NCBI GenBank assembly: GCA_963806035.1
Contig: CAWDWO010000020.1
Coordinates: forward strand, 31,657 to 95,656
Origin: Candidatus Krumholzibacteriota bacterium
GTDB lineage: Bacteria; Krumholzibacteriota; Krumholzibacteriia; JAJRXK01
DNA length: 64,000 nucleotides
Direction: 5' to 3'
Under the pieces are notes generated by a model that worked only from the letters and a program-made list of their open reading frames with translations, was not told the DNA's origin and searched no databases. The stretch's first letter is position 1, and each line of letters starts with the position of its first letter. The position numbers and the translations under genes were made by a program. This document shows, in pieces, positions 48,394 through 58,517 of the stretch.

Positions 48394-49821
48394 ATGACCC
48401 AACCCGTATCCGGGGGACGTGTCGCCCCCGAAGAGATCGAAGAGCTACTGCGTAAATATGACCGGCCGGGGCCGCGTTATACCTCCTACCCCACGGCCCC
48501 GGTGTGGACGGACGAGTGGAACGCGCGGGATTTCGAGCTGCGCCTCGAGGAACTCAAAAACACCCTCGATCAGGGCCGGGAGCGGCCGCTCTCCCTGTAC
48601 TTCCACATCCCCTTCTGCGAGGAGCGGTGCCTCTTCTGCGGGTGCAACGTCGTGATCAGCCGACGCAAGGAAGTCGCCCAGCCCTATCTGGATCGGCTCA
48701 AGAAGGAGATCGACCTGGTCGTCGAGCGTGTCGGCGAGAATCGCAAAGTGGTCCAGATGCACCTGGGTGGCGGAACTCCCACCTACTTCACCCCGGAGCA
48801 ACTCACCGAACTCATGGACCACGTGAAGGCGCGCTTCTCGCTTCAGCCACTCCACGACGAGATTTCGATCGAGACCGATCCCTGCGTCACCACGCGCGAG
48901 CACCTGGTGGCCTTGCGCGAGGCGGGATTCACCCGCATGTCGATGGGCCTGCAAGACCTGGATCCCAAGGTGCAGGAGACGATCCATCGCGTGCAGCCGG
49001 ATGAACTCACGAGCCAATACTACGAGTGGTGCCGCGAGCTCGGGTTCACTTCGGTGAACATCGATCTCATCTACGGGCTCCCCTACCAGACCGAAGAGAG
49101 CTTCAAGAAAACGCTGGAACGCGTGACGGAGTGGCGTCCCGATCGCGTGGCCGTGTTCAACTACGCCCACGTTCCGTGGATCAAGAAGCACCAGAGCCTC
49201 ATGCCCGCGGAGGCCCTGCCCGATCCCGCTCTCAAGCTGCGCATCATCGGGATGACTTTCGCCCATTTCCAAGAGCACGGCTACGAAGCCATCGGCCTGG
49301 ATCACTTCGCGCTTCCCGAAGATGAACTGGCGGTCGCTCGGCGCAAGGAAACGCTGCGCCGCAATTTCATGGGTTATTCCACCCTGCCCGAGACCGACAT
49401 CCTGGCCTTCGGTGTCTCGAGCATCAGCGAAGTCGCAGGTGCCTACAGCCAGAATCACGTGCACTTTGCCAAATGGAACAAGTCGATCGATGCCGGCGAG
49501 TTTCCCGCGTTTCGCGGAGTGAGCCTGAGCCAAGACGACCTTCTGCGCCGCGAAGTGATCATGGGTATCATGAACAACCTCGCGCTCGACTTCGCTCCCA
49601 TCGAGGAGCAGTTCTCCATTTCCTTCACGGAGTACTTCGCCGAAGCGCTGGAGAAATTGAAAGACCCGGTGAAAGACGGGCTGGTCGAATTGACGCCCGG
49701 CCGCCTGCAAGTGACACGCAAGGGACAGCTTCTGGTGCGCAACGTGGCCATGGCCTTCGACGCCTACTTGAAGGCTCCCGGCGACGAGGCAAACAGCCCG
49801 CGTTTCAGCCGCACCGTCTAG
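48394..49821 (+). CDS. hemN: Oxygen-independent coproporphyrinogen III oxidase (radical SAM)
   Basis: KYDRPGPRYTSYPTA, SLYFHIPFCEERCLFCGC, HLGGGTPT, DLIYGLP, FNYAHVPW, IGLDHFA, LRRNFMGY, FSRTV. Confidence 0.96.
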   Translation: MTQPVSGGRVAPEEIEELLRKYDRPGPRYTSYPTAPVWTDEWNARDFELRLEELKNTLDQGRERPLSLYFHIPFCEERCLFCGCNVVISRRKEVAQPYLDRLKKEIDLVVERVGENRKVVQMHLGGGTPTYFTPEQLTELMDHVKARFSLQPLHDEISIETDPCVTTREHLVALREAGFTRMSMGLQDLDPKVQETIHRVQPDELTSQYYEWCRELGFTSVNIDLIYGLPYQTEESFKKTLERVTEWRPDRVAVFNYAHVPWIKKHQSLMPAEALPDPALKLRIIGMTFAHFQEHGYEAIGLDHFALPEDELAVARRKETLRRNFMGYSTLPETDILAFGVSSISEVAGAYSQNHVHFAKWNKSIDAGEFPAFRGVSLSQDDLLRREVIMGIMNNLALDFAPIEEQFSISFTEYFAEALEKLKDPVKDGLVELTPGRLQVTRKGQLLVRNVAMAFDAYLKAPGDEANSPRFSRTV

Positions 49822-50102
49822 GCCAGGGTGCCGAGCAGTTTCAGGACCGTACCGGCCAGGTCGTCAATGTTCTGCTTCAGTCGCAGCACTCGGCGGTTGT
49901 CACTATCCGCCGAACGCACGATGGCCATGAGCTGCGCGAGCCTCTCCACATCGGCCGGTTTGGGAAAGAGCTCCTGAATCTCCTCGTCGGTGAACGAGGT
50001 GAGTGAGGAAGCCGCGCTGGCCAGCTTGGTGTCCGTGCGCTTGGCGGCATCTCGCGCGGCGCGCTTGGCCTTGGCGCGCAGTTTCTCGAAATCCATGGAC
50101 AT
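49818..50102 (-). CDS. Small helical hypothetical protein
   Basis: 94-aa ORF with AAGGAG RBS, directly after the lipoprotein gene. Confidence 0.65.
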   Translation of the reverse strand: MSMDFEKLRAKAKRAARDAAKRTDTKLASAASSLTSFTDEEIQELFPKPADVERLAQLMAIVRSADSDNRRVLRLKQNIDDLAGTVLKLLGTLA

Positions 50103-50114
50103 TTTCGAACTCCT

Positions 50115-50825
50115 TCAGGGCGCGACCGCTTCCTTGCCGTGCAAGCGGTCCACAATCTCCTTCATCCTGGCCAGGTAATCCTGAGTCGTCTGATAAGCAT
50201 CGACCGCTTGGCCCTTCTTGACGACGAGGTCGTTGACCGTGTCGTCCATTTCGGCCACGAAATCGCGCAGGGCGCCTTCATCGACTCCGGCGCGCGCAAG
50301 GTAGTTCTGTCGCGTCTGCGCAACTTGTGAGGCGGAAGTGAGAAAGGAAGTGAGCGCTGTATTGATGGCCTTGGCCTGGCTGTAGTCCTCACGCAAGCCC
50401 TGTTCGAGTTGACGCTCGATCTCGTACAGGGGAAGAAGCATCTCGTTGCGCTTGGCACTGATCTCTTCCATGAGGGCCGGAGCCACGTTCAGGAGATAGC
50501 CCGAGCGATCCTCCTCCGAACCACTCTGCACTACCTGGTTCCACGCGGCCTGCATTTCGGGATCGGAGAAGAACTCGTGGGTGAAGGTGGGAATCCATTC
50601 GTGATCGATGAACTCGTTCACTCTCGCGCGCTTCTCCTCCATGTAGCGGTGCAGCAGCGCGAGGTGGGCGCTCTCGATAGCCTGCAATCGATTCCCTAAT
50701 TCGTCGGAAAGCACGGGGGCTTCAGCGGGAATGCTGGCGCAGGCGCTGATCCCGCATGTCATCGCGCTGATGAGGACGAGGGCGAGCACTTTCCGCGCCT
50801 TTTTGCCTGGTTTGGAAGGGGTCAT
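50115..50825 (-). CDS. Hypothetical helical lipoprotein
   Basis: Basic N-terminus, hydrophobic stretch and GISAC lipobox, then CASIPAEAPVLS and an all-helical body. Confidence 0.65.
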   Translation of the reverse strand: MTPSKPGKKARKVLALVLISAMTCGISACASIPAEAPVLSDELGNRLQAIESAHLALLHRYMEEKRARVNEFIDHEWIPTFTHEFFSDPEMQAAWNQVVQSGSEEDRSGYLLNVAPALMEEISAKRNEMLLPLYEIERQLEQGLREDYSQAKAINTALTSFLTSASQVAQTRQNYLARAGVDEGALRDFVAEMDDTVNDLVVKKGQAVDAYQTTQDYLARMKEIVDRLHGKEAVAP

Positions 50826-51054
50826 TCGGGTGGGATGAGGTGGCATGCATGGGCTCCCGCGATCGAGGAGGCAGCGCGGCCGATCGGGATCACTCGGGCT
50901 CTCTGAAATGATCGATCCGCCCCTGGCGCGTCGATGGTAGCGCGTGAAGCAAAAGTTGCGCAAGATCCGTCGACGGAAAGGTGCGCGAGCGAGTAGAATC
51001 GACGCAAAATTTGCCACACGATCACTCGCGGGGCCAGTGGAGGAAGGAAACGCG

Positions 51055-51957
51055 ATGAACCACAAGCACTCCGGCAAGCACAAGGACAGCAAGACATCTC
51101 AGCGGGACGGCCGTCACGCCTCGGGCGACGAGATTCGACAATTCATCGGCATCGTGGCGCTGGTGGTCATCGCTCTGGGGGTGGGAGCGCTGATTCTCTT
51201 TCCCAGCTTGCGCCCCGGCTACGTCAAAAAATCTGACGCGAGTTCAGGCTCTCGGCAGAAGGTCTTCGTTCTGGCCGCGGCCAGTCTCAACGGTGTACTC
51301 AGTGAAGCGGTGTCGAGCTATGCCTCGGTCGACTCGACGACAGACATTCAACTTTCGTGCGCTAGCAGTAATCTCCTGCGGCATCAGATCGAACGTGGCG
51401 CTCCGGTCGACCTCTATCTCTCTGCCGCTCCCGAACACGTCGATGCCCTCATCGATCACGGCTGGGTGAAACCAGAAAATCGCTACAAACTGTGGACTAC
51501 CGAATTGGCGCTGGTCGCTCCACCAGGGTTCACGGCTCACGAGGGCCTGAAAGATTTGTTGCTCGACGCCGCGCGGATCGCCATCGGTGATGTGGGCGTT
51601 CCGGTGGGTGATTACGCCCGTCAGTCGCTGGCGAACATGGGACTTCAGGAGGACTTGAAGGACAGGTTGATCCCCATGGCAGACGAACCGGCGGTGCGGG
51701 CCGCGGTTGCCAGCGGAGCCTGCGATCTCGGCTTCGCTTACCTGGCGGCGGCCCATGCCGGGAATGCTGACAAGCAGGTGACGATCATCGGCACCATCTC
51801 CGAGCGCACGCACGCGCCCATTCTCTACGTGGGCGCCATTCTCAACGACGCCGAGCATCCCGAGAAGGCGCGCCGTTTCCTGGAGTTCTTGCGCAACGGG
51901 AAGGGGAGAGAAATCATGGAAAACGCGGGCTTTGAGGCCACGGCGGAAATGCATTGA
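51055..51957 (+). CDS. modA: Molybdate ABC transporter substrate-binding protein
   Basis: VLAAASL, ASSNLLRHQIERGAPVDLYLSA, VPVGDYA, HAPILY; operon context. Confidence 0.88.
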   Translation: MNHKHSGKHKDSKTSQRDGRHASGDEIRQFIGIVALVVIALGVGALILFPSLRPGYVKKSDASSGSRQKVFVLAAASLNGVLSEAVSSYASVDSTTDIQLSCASSNLLRHQIERGAPVDLYLSAAPEHVDALIDHGWVKPENRYKLWTTELALVAPPGFTAHEGLKDLLLDAARIAIGDVGVPVGDYARQSLANMGLQEDLKDRLIPMADEPAVRAAVASGACDLGFAYLAAAHAGNADKQVTIIGTISERTHAPILYVGAILNDAEHPEKARRFLEFLRNGKGREIMENAGFEATAEMH

Positions 51958-52625
51958 TCCTCTCTCCGGTGGAATGGACCGCTCTGGGGATTTCCCTCAA
52001 GGTGGCCAGTACGGCCCTGGTCCTCATGGTGATTTTGGGCGTGCCCTTGGCGTGGCTTTTGGCGCGCCGCAATTTTCCCGGGCGCACCCTGCTGGAGGCC
52101 GCGGCCAGTTTGCCTCTGGTCCTTCCGCCGGTGGTGACGGGTTACCTTCTTCTGTGGCTGCTCTCCCCCAAATCGAGCCTCGGAAAAGGTCTGCACCGCC
52201 TGTTGGGCTTCGATCTGGTCTTCACCTGGCAGGCGGCAACCCTCGCTGCCGCGGTGGTGTCTTTTCCGTTGTTCTTGCGCGCGATGCGCAGCGCGATCGA
52301 GGCAGTGGACACACAGCTGGAGGAGGCGGCCGCCAACTTGGGCGCCTCGCCGCTGCGAGTTTTCACCAGCGTGACCTTCCCCCTGGCGCGTCATGGCTTC
52401 GTGGCGGGCGCCATTCTGGGGTTCTCGCGCGCGCTGGGAGAGTTCGGTGCCACCATTCTGGTGGCGGGCAACATCCCGGGGCGAACCCAGACCATCCCTC
52501 TGGCGATCTTCTCCCTGACCAACACGAGTGAGTTGAGCGCAGCCTGGCCTTTGGTCCTCACCGTATCGATTCTCTCCTTCATCCTGGTCGCGCTGGCCGA
52601 CCGCGCGGTTCGCAGGGGGCGCTGA
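51954..52625 (+). CDS. modB: Molybdate ABC transporter permease
   Basis: LPLVLPPVVTGYLLL, LEEAA..LGA, FSRALGEFGATILVAGNIPGRTQTIPLAI. Confidence 0.95.
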   Translation: MILSPVEWTALGISLKVASTALVLMVILGVPLAWLLARRNFPGRTLLEAAASLPLVLPPVVTGYLLLWLLSPKSSLGKGLHRLLGFDLVFTWQAATLAAAVVSFPLFLRAMRSAIEAVDTQLEEAAANLGASPLRVFTSVTFPLARHGFVAGAILGFSRALGEFGATILVAGNIPGRTQTIPLAIFSLTNTSELSAAWPLVLTVSILSFILVALADRAVRRGR

Positions 52626-52626
52626 A

Positions 52627-53718
52627 GTGCTCGAGCTCGATCTGGATCTCGCGCGCGATTCTGGCTTTCGGCTGCAGCTGAAGCTGAACACGGAGGCTGA
52701 AGTCACCGTGCTCTACGGAGCCTCGGGGGCGGGCAAGACCACCGTTTTGGATCTCATCAGCGGCGCCTGTACCCCCGATCGGGGACATGTTCGAATCGAT
52801 GGGGTTTCGCTCTTCGACTCGACGCGAGGGATCGACTTGCCCGCGCGCGAGCGCCGCACCCCGCGCGTGTATCAGGAAGGACGGCTTTTTCCCCACATGA
52901 GTGTCCGGGCCAATCTCGTGTACGGCGCGCTGGACCACAAAAGTCTGCACGAAGTGGTGGAGATGCTGGAACTCGGACCGTATCTGGAGCGCCGTCCGAG
53001 CGAACTCTCGGGCGGGCAGCGGCAGCGGGTGGCGGTGGGACGCGCCATCCTGGCCCGGCCACGCGCTCTGCTCCTGGACGAGCCCTTGGCCTCGCTCGAT
53101 CTCCCCTTGCGCTACCGCATCCTCCCCTACCTGCGCGCGCTACGCACCCGCTTTGCCGTTCCCTTCGTCTACGTCACCCATTCGGCCGAGGAGGCCCTGC
53201 TGCTGGGTGATGAAGTCGCGCTCTTGGAGCAGGGGAAGCTGATTGCACACGGAGAGGCGGCCCGCGTTCTCTCCGATGGTCCGCACGCCCCCAGACCCGA
53301 GCTGCAGGCCGGCGATTCCCTGCTCCGGGCAGTCCTTCGCGCGCATCTTCCAGAGGAGGGGATGAGTGAATTTGCTCTGGGCGCAGTAAAGCTCCACGGA
53401 CCGCCGCTTCCCCAGGGGGAATTGGGCGAAAGCGTCTATCTGGCTCTCGCCGCGCGTGACGTGATCCTGGCCCGTGAGCTTCCACAGGGTTTGAGCGCGC
53501 GCAACGCACTGGCGGCGCGGATCGTTCGCATCGAAACTCTGCGCAACCGCAGCTACGCCACGCTGCGCCTGGAGGGAGCTCCCGACGATGCCGCGGCTCT
53601 GACGGTGGCCCTGACGCGACAGGCGGTTCGAGAAATGGAGCTGAAGGAAGACGTGAGAGTCGTGGCTATCTTCAAGGCCAGCGCGCTGCGGCCGATCACT
53701 CCCTCCGAGAGAGGCTGA
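52627..53718 (+). CDS. modC: Molybdate ABC transporter ATPase with TOBE domains
   Basis: GASGAGKT, QEGRLFPHMSV, LSGGQRQR, LLLDEP, YVTH, LSARN, FKASA. Confidence 0.93.
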   Translation: MLELDLDLARDSGFRLQLKLNTEAEVTVLYGASGAGKTTVLDLISGACTPDRGHVRIDGVSLFDSTRGIDLPARERRTPRVYQEGRLFPHMSVRANLVYGALDHKSLHEVVEMLELGPYLERRPSELSGGQRQRVAVGRAILARPRALLLDEPLASLDLPLRYRILPYLRALRTRFAVPFVYVTHSAEEALLLGDEVALLEQGKLIAHGEAARVLSDGPHAPRPELQAGDSLLRAVLRAHLPEEGMSEFALGAVKLHGPPLPQGELGESVYLALAARDVILARELPQGLSARNALAARIVRIETLRNRSYATLRLEGAPDDAAALTVALTRQAVREMELKEDVRVVAIFKASALRPITPSERG

Positions 53719-53725
53719 ATCTCCT

Positions 53726-54265
53726 ATGCAAGAACTGGGCGGTCTCGCGGGAACGATCGGTATCTGGATTGGCTATATCGCCTGGCTTTTGGCCATGGGC
53801 GTCGCCCTGCTCTCGATTCCCATCGGAATTTCCGGGGGCTGGATCGCGCTCGCACTCGCGGTGCTCTACGATCTCTTCTACAACTTTCACTCCGTGGGAT
53901 GGAAAGCGCTCCTCGCCTTCGCGCTGCTCTTGGCGCTCGGAGAACTCGTCGAGGCCCTACTCGGCAGCCTCTACGTGGCCAAGAAGGGCGCCACGCGCTA
54001 CGGGGTGATCGGCGCCTTTTTGGGCGGTTTACTGGGAGCGATCGTCGGCAGTGGCATCGTGCCCCTGTTCGGCACCCTCCTCGGATCTTTCGTGGGAGCG
54101 TTCGTGGGTGCGGTGGCGGGCGAATACCTGCGGGAGCAGCGCCTGCAACCTTCGATGCGGGTGGGAATGTACGCTCTGGTGGGCAAGGTCACGGCCAGCG
54201 GCATCAAGTTCGTCCTGGCTCTGGCCGGAGCAGTGAGCGTGGCCGTGGTGGCCTGGCCCGGTTGA
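53726..54265 (+). CDS. DUF456-family membrane protein
   Basis: KKGATRYGVIGAFLGGLLG...GTLLGSFVGA..GEY glycine-rich helices. Confidence 0.75.
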   Translation: MQELGGLAGTIGIWIGYIAWLLAMGVALLSIPIGISGGWIALALAVLYDLFYNFHSVGWKALLAFALLLALGELVEALLGSLYVAKKGATRYGVIGAFLGGLLGAIVGSGIVPLFGTLLGSFVGAFVGAVAGEYLREQRLQPSMRVGMYALVGKVTASGIKFVLALAGAVSVAVVAWPG

Positions 54266-54360
54266 AGTAGAAGTTGAGCATGGACATGGCGGAGGCAAAG
54301 AGGGAGCTCTTGCGTCTCGAGCTACGATCGGCAGAAGATTTGAGCGAGGCGCCGATCGAC

Positions 54361-54666
54361 TCAAACTTGCCATGCTCGGCGAGCAAGATCGACACGGCCC
54401 TTCTTCAAGAAGGACACTCCTTCCTCTCGAAGCAATTCCTCCTGCAATTCTGCCGAATCTCCCTGAAGCGATATGCGTCCTCCCGCGCCCAATACTCTGT
54501 GCCAGGGCACGGCAGAATCTGCCGGAAGGTTTTTCAGAGCGCGCCCCACCAAACGCGCGCGGCCAGGTAAACCGGCAGCTTGCGCGACTTGACCGTAGGT
54601 GGCGACTCGCCCGGCCGGAATTTCCGATACCACGCTCCAAATGAGCTCGTAATTGGTGCTACGCAC
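54361..54666 (-). CDS. Alkyltransferase-like (ATL/MGMT family) protein
   Basis: IPAGRVATYGQVA, ARLVG, VPWHRV (Trp replacing the catalytic Cys), LLREEGV. Confidence 0.88.
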   Translation of the reverse strand: MRSTNYELIWSVVSEIPAGRVATYGQVAQAAGLPGRARLVGRALKNLPADSAVPWHRVLGAGGRISLQGDSAELQEELLREEGVSFLKKGRVDLARRAWQV

Positions 54667-54802
54667 GGATCATCACCTCGATCTGGCGTCCTGAAGCCAC
54701 GCCAACACCTATTCTGGACCGCTCGCGCCGCGGAGGCTAGACTTCAACCGTTCCTCGTCCCAATACCGCCTCGGGGGACAAGTTTTCAGAAAGATGGGCA
54801 CG

Positions 54803-56059
54803 ATGCTCGAACGTTTTCAGCAGTGGCTTCAAAACTTGGGATTGACCGACTGGTTTGCGCATAGCGTGTCCACTCTTCTCGTGCAGGTCATCCTCATCCT
54901 GCTCGTGGCGTGGCTCAGCGATTTCATCGTGAAGCGAGTGTTGCACCGGATCATCCGGCCGATCGTCAAGCGCACTCGTGTCGGCTGGGACGACGCCATC
55001 CTCCGGCGGGGCGTTCTGGGGAAGCTGGCGCATCTCGTTCCCGCCTGGCTGATCTTCACTTTTCTTCCCCCCGTTCTGGAGCCCTTCCCGCGTCTGAGCG
55101 CCCTGGCCGCGAATTTCGTGGAAGCCTACATGATCCTCGTGGTCACCCTGGCTCTGTCCGCTCTGATCGCCGCCGGACAGGACATCTCGCGCGGGCTCGC
55201 GATCGCCAAGCACGCCCCCACCGAGATCATCAGCCAGGCCCTGCGCATCGTGGTGTGGTGTATCGGCTTCATTCTCATCTTGGCGGCACTGGTCGACCGC
55301 AGTCCGCTGGTGTTCTTCAGCGGGCTCGGGGCGATGACCGCGGTGCTCATGCTGATCTTCAAGGACAGCCTCTTGGGGCTCGTGGCCGGCCTTCAGATCG
55401 CGAGCAATGACCTGGTGCGCGAGGGAGATTGGATCGAGATTCCCAAGTACGGCGCCGACGGGACCGTCACCGAAGTCGGCTTGATGACGGTAAAAGTGCA
55501 GAACTGGGACAAGACGATCTCCTCGGTCCCGACCTACGCGCTGATCAGCGAATCCTTCAAGAACTGGCGTGGGATGGAACTCTCGGGCGGCCGGCGCATC
55601 AAGCGCGCCGTGAGCCTGGACATGACCAGCGTGCGATTCTGCGACAAGGAGATGCTGGAGCGATTTTCCAAGATCCAGTACCTCCGCGATCACATCGAGA
55701 AGAAGTCGCAGGAATTGGCCGCTTGGAACAAGGAGCGCAAGGTTGACGAAGAGGTTCTGGTCAACGGCCGCCGTCTCACGAATCTGGGCTGCTTTCGCGC
55801 CTATCTGGAAGCCTATCTGAGACACCATCCACAGGTGCACACCGAGGGCCTGACTTTCCTCGTGAGACACCTTCCTCCGGGTCCCACGGGGATTCCGATC
55901 GAGGTTTATGTCTTTTCCAAGGACCAGCGTTGGGTGCAATATGAAGGAATCCAGGCCGATATTTTCGATCACATCCTGGCGGTGATCCCTCAATTCGACC
56001 TGCGGGTTTTCCAGCAACCTTCGGGTTACGATTTTCAGCGACTGACTCCGCGCGCGTGA
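54803..56059 (+). CDS. MscS-family mechanosensitive channel (YbdG/MscM type)
   Basis: GLGAMTAVLMLIFKDSLLGLVAG, GDWI..PKYGADG, VQNWDKT, NWRGM..SGGRRIKR, YEGIQADIFDH. Start 54794 or 54803. Confidence 0.92.
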   Translation: MLERFQQWLQNLGLTDWFAHSVSTLLVQVILILLVAWLSDFIVKRVLHRIIRPIVKRTRVGWDDAILRRGVLGKLAHLVPAWLIFTFLPPVLEPFPRLSALAANFVEAYMILVVTLALSALIAAGQDISRGLAIAKHAPTEIISQALRIVVWCIGFILILAALVDRSPLVFFSGLGAMTAVLMLIFKDSLLGLVAGLQIASNDLVREGDWIEIPKYGADGTVTEVGLMTVKVQNWDKTISSVPTYALISESFKNWRGMELSGGRRIKRAVSLDMTSVRFCDKEMLERFSKIQYLRDHIEKKSQELAAWNKERKVDEEVLVNGRRLTNLGCFRAYLEAYLRHHPQVHTEGLTFLVRHLPPGPTGIPIEVYVFSKDQRWVQYEGIQADIFDHILAVIPQFDLRVFQQPSGYDFQRLTPRA

Positions 56060-56096
56060 GCGATAGCGGACTTCCACCAACCACCGGAGCGCAAAC

Positions 56097-57566
56097 ATGC
56101 TCGACTGGCTGAAGGAACTCCTCCCCATTCTCATCCTCTTGGTCGTCGTTGCCATCGTACTGGCGCGCTTGCCCAAAATCGAACTTGGACATTCGGCAAA
56201 GTTCATGGCCCGCAGGCGCTGGAACTGGTTGCCTCTGGGCTTGACCTACGCCTTCCTCTACATGGGGCGCTACAACTTGAAGGTGAGCAAGTTCGCGTTC
56301 GAAAACCTCCAGGGCAGCCACGGCCACTCGATGATGGGCAACGAGGCGTTCGGGGTGATCTTCGGGGTGGGCACCGTCATCTACGGCTTCTCGTTTCTGG
56401 TGAATGGTCCTTTGACCGATCGCTTTGGCGGTCGTTTTTCCATCTTGATGGGCGCGGCCGGTGCGGCGGTTGCGAACCTGGTGATGGGGCTCATGTCTCT
56501 CTCGCTGGTGCACCTGGGTCCGGGGCACGCCTTCTTTGCACAGAACTTCGTGGTTCTGTTTTCCCTGCTCTATGGCGTCAACATGTACTTCCAGAGCTTC
56601 GGTGCGGTCGCCATCGTCAAGGTAAACTCCTCTTGGTTCCACGTGCGGGAGCGTGGAGTCTTCGGCGCGATCTTCGGGATTCTCATTTCGCTGGGAATCT
56701 ACTTCGCTTTCGATTGGGGTCTGTTCGTACTGGAGCATCTGGGCCTGGCCTGGGTGTTCTTCGTGCCCGCCGTTATTCTGGGCGTCTTCTGGCTGATCGA
56801 CTTTTCGATCGTGCGCGATCACCCGAGCCAGGCCGGCTTTGCCGACATCAGCCTGGGTGACGCGACTGACGGGGTCGAAGGCCCGCCGATGAGTCCGGCG
56901 AAGGTCTTCGGAATGATGCTACGCAACCCCATCATCATGACCATCGCCACCATCGAGTTCTGTAGTGGCTGGCTGCGGCAGTCGATCATGCAGTGGTTTA
57001 GAACCTTTGCGAAGCAGACCGACATCTCATTGGGACTGAGCTCGGGCTTTGTCTATAACAACTGGGGGCTTCTTTTGTGCGTGGCCGGCATCATGGGCGG
57101 CGTAGTGGCCGGCGTGATCAGCGATCACGTCTTTCAATCGCGGCGCGGCCCGGTGGCGGCCCTACTCTACGCTTTCATGTTGGTGTGCGCGGTCATCATG
57201 ATCTTCACCTATACGCAGCCCTGGGTGGGTTGGTTGGTGGTGCTGATGTCGATGGCGGTGATCGGCGTGCACGGGATGCTGTCGGGTACGGCGAGCATGG
57301 ACTTCGGCGGCAGCAAGAACGCCGGCATCGCGGTGGGCCTGATCGATGGATTCGTGTACCTGGGCACCGCGGCGATGAGCTTCACCTACGCGGTGATTCT
57401 CCCGCACGAGACTCTGGACGAACTGGGTCGACTTGGCGGCGCAGCGACAAATCCGGCCAACTGGAAATCCTGGCCGATTTCCATGGTGCCCTTGGCCATC
57501 GTGGGATTGTTCCTGGCCTGGCGCATTCGACATGCGATTCCGCACGGAAAGAAAAAGGCGGCTTGA
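56097..57566 (+). CDS. MFS transporter, GlpT/sugar-phosphate permease-like
   Basis: YAFLYMGRYN, NGPLTDRFGGR, WF..RERG, ISDHVFQSRRGP, G.IDGFVYLG. Confidence 0.85.
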   Translation: MLDWLKELLPILILLVVVAIVLARLPKIELGHSAKFMARRRWNWLPLGLTYAFLYMGRYNLKVSKFAFENLQGSHGHSMMGNEAFGVIFGVGTVIYGFSFLVNGPLTDRFGGRFSILMGAAGAAVANLVMGLMSLSLVHLGPGHAFFAQNFVVLFSLLYGVNMYFQSFGAVAIVKVNSSWFHVRERGVFGAIFGILISLGIYFAFDWGLFVLEHLGLAWVFFVPAVILGVFWLIDFSIVRDHPSQAGFADISLGDATDGVEGPPMSPAKVFGMMLRNPIIMTIATIEFCSGWLRQSIMQWFRTFAKQTDISLGLSSGFVYNNWGLLLCVAGIMGGVVAGVISDHVFQSRRGPVAALLYAFMLVCAVIMIFTYTQPWVGWLVVLMSMAVIGVHGMLSGTASMDFGGSKNAGIAVGLIDGFVYLGTAAMSFTYAVILPHETLDELGRLGGAATNPANWKSWPISMVPLAIVGLFLAWRIRHAIPHGKKKAA

Positions 57567-57619
57567 AGCCCTGGTATCGCTGCAGCCGCGGTGAGAGCTA
57601 GCGCGGGGAGCGTTCGACA

Positions 57620-57823
57620 ATGAACAGAGGTGGCTTCTCCTGGAAGCGGGCGGTCGGCATCACCCGCGCCAAGAACAAGATCTCGCGGGCCACGGGAATC
57701 CCGCTGACCAAGTCGGGCAGGCAGCGAAAGATCGGCAAGATCGTCAGCGGTGGAGGTTGTGCTCTGGTGGTTCTTGCGGTGAGCGTGGCGGTGCTGGCTC
57801 TTCTGAGCTGGGTGAGTCTGTAG
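57620..57823 (+). CDS. Small basic protein with C-terminal hydrophobic tail
   Basis: GGGGAG RBS; GFSWKRAVGITRAKNKISRATGIPLTKSGRQRKIG resembles a conserved-hypothetical family. Confidence 0.65.
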   Translation: MNRGGFSWKRAVGITRAKNKISRATGIPLTKSGRQRKIGKIVSGGGCALVVLAVSVAVLALLSWVSL

Positions 57824-57921
57824 GCGATCGCGGCGGGGCTGCAATGGGCCTGATTTCGTGGCATAATGGACTCGTTACCGTGTATTGACTGATCTGACCA
57901 TTTGCAAGGTTGGTAAAGCTC

Positions 57922-58497
57922 ATGAGATGCGCATTTGCCTGCGGGCTGTTCCTCTTCCTGCTTCTTTCTCTCACTCCGAACACGAACGCACAGGACGTCC
58001 CGGGAAATGTCTTCTTGGGAGTGCCCTCAATTCTCACTCACTACGTGCTCGTGTGTCTTCCTCCCGAGGGGGGCGTCTACGCGCTCGCCACTGAACCGCT
58101 GGAGCCGGTGAAGTCGGTGCGCTTCCAGGTCACCTGGCCGGACGGAGTCGATCACGATCAGGGGAGCGTGATCTGGCCGGGCGCGGTAGATGTCTCCGAA
58201 CCCGGTGACGACATCTGGGACATCGTGTTCGAGGAATGTCGCGACAAACCGGGCAGCACTCTGTACCTCGTGAACTACGGAGGGGTGGATTACCACGGTC
58301 AAAGGGGCTGGATGTGCCCGTATGGTGACGTGGTTCCCCGACCGGTGTGGACGCTGTGTTCCGGGGAAACCATCGAAGCCTCGCTCTTCGACATGGGCCC
58401 TTCCTGGGTGGATGGCTGTTCTCCTTTTGGAAACAACTTCTGCGAGGTCATCCCCGCCCAGGCGCAGAGCTGGGGCATGCTGAAGTCCAGCTACTGA
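57922..58497 (+). CDS. Secreted protein with C-terminal SWGxLKxxY motif
   Basis: Signal peptide ending TNA-Q; several Cys; ends AQAQSWGMLKSSY. Confidence 0.7.
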   Translation: MRCAFACGLFLFLLLSLTPNTNAQDVPGNVFLGVPSILTHYVLVCLPPEGGVYALATEPLEPVKSVRFQVTWPDGVDHDQGSVIWPGAVDVSEPGDDIWDIVFEECRDKPGSTLYLVNYGGVDYHGQRGWMCPYGDVVPRPVWTLCSGETIEASLFDMGPSWVDGCSPFGNNFCEVIPAQAQSWGMLKSSY

Positions 58498-58517
58498 GAA
58501 TGAAGTGGAGAGGATCG

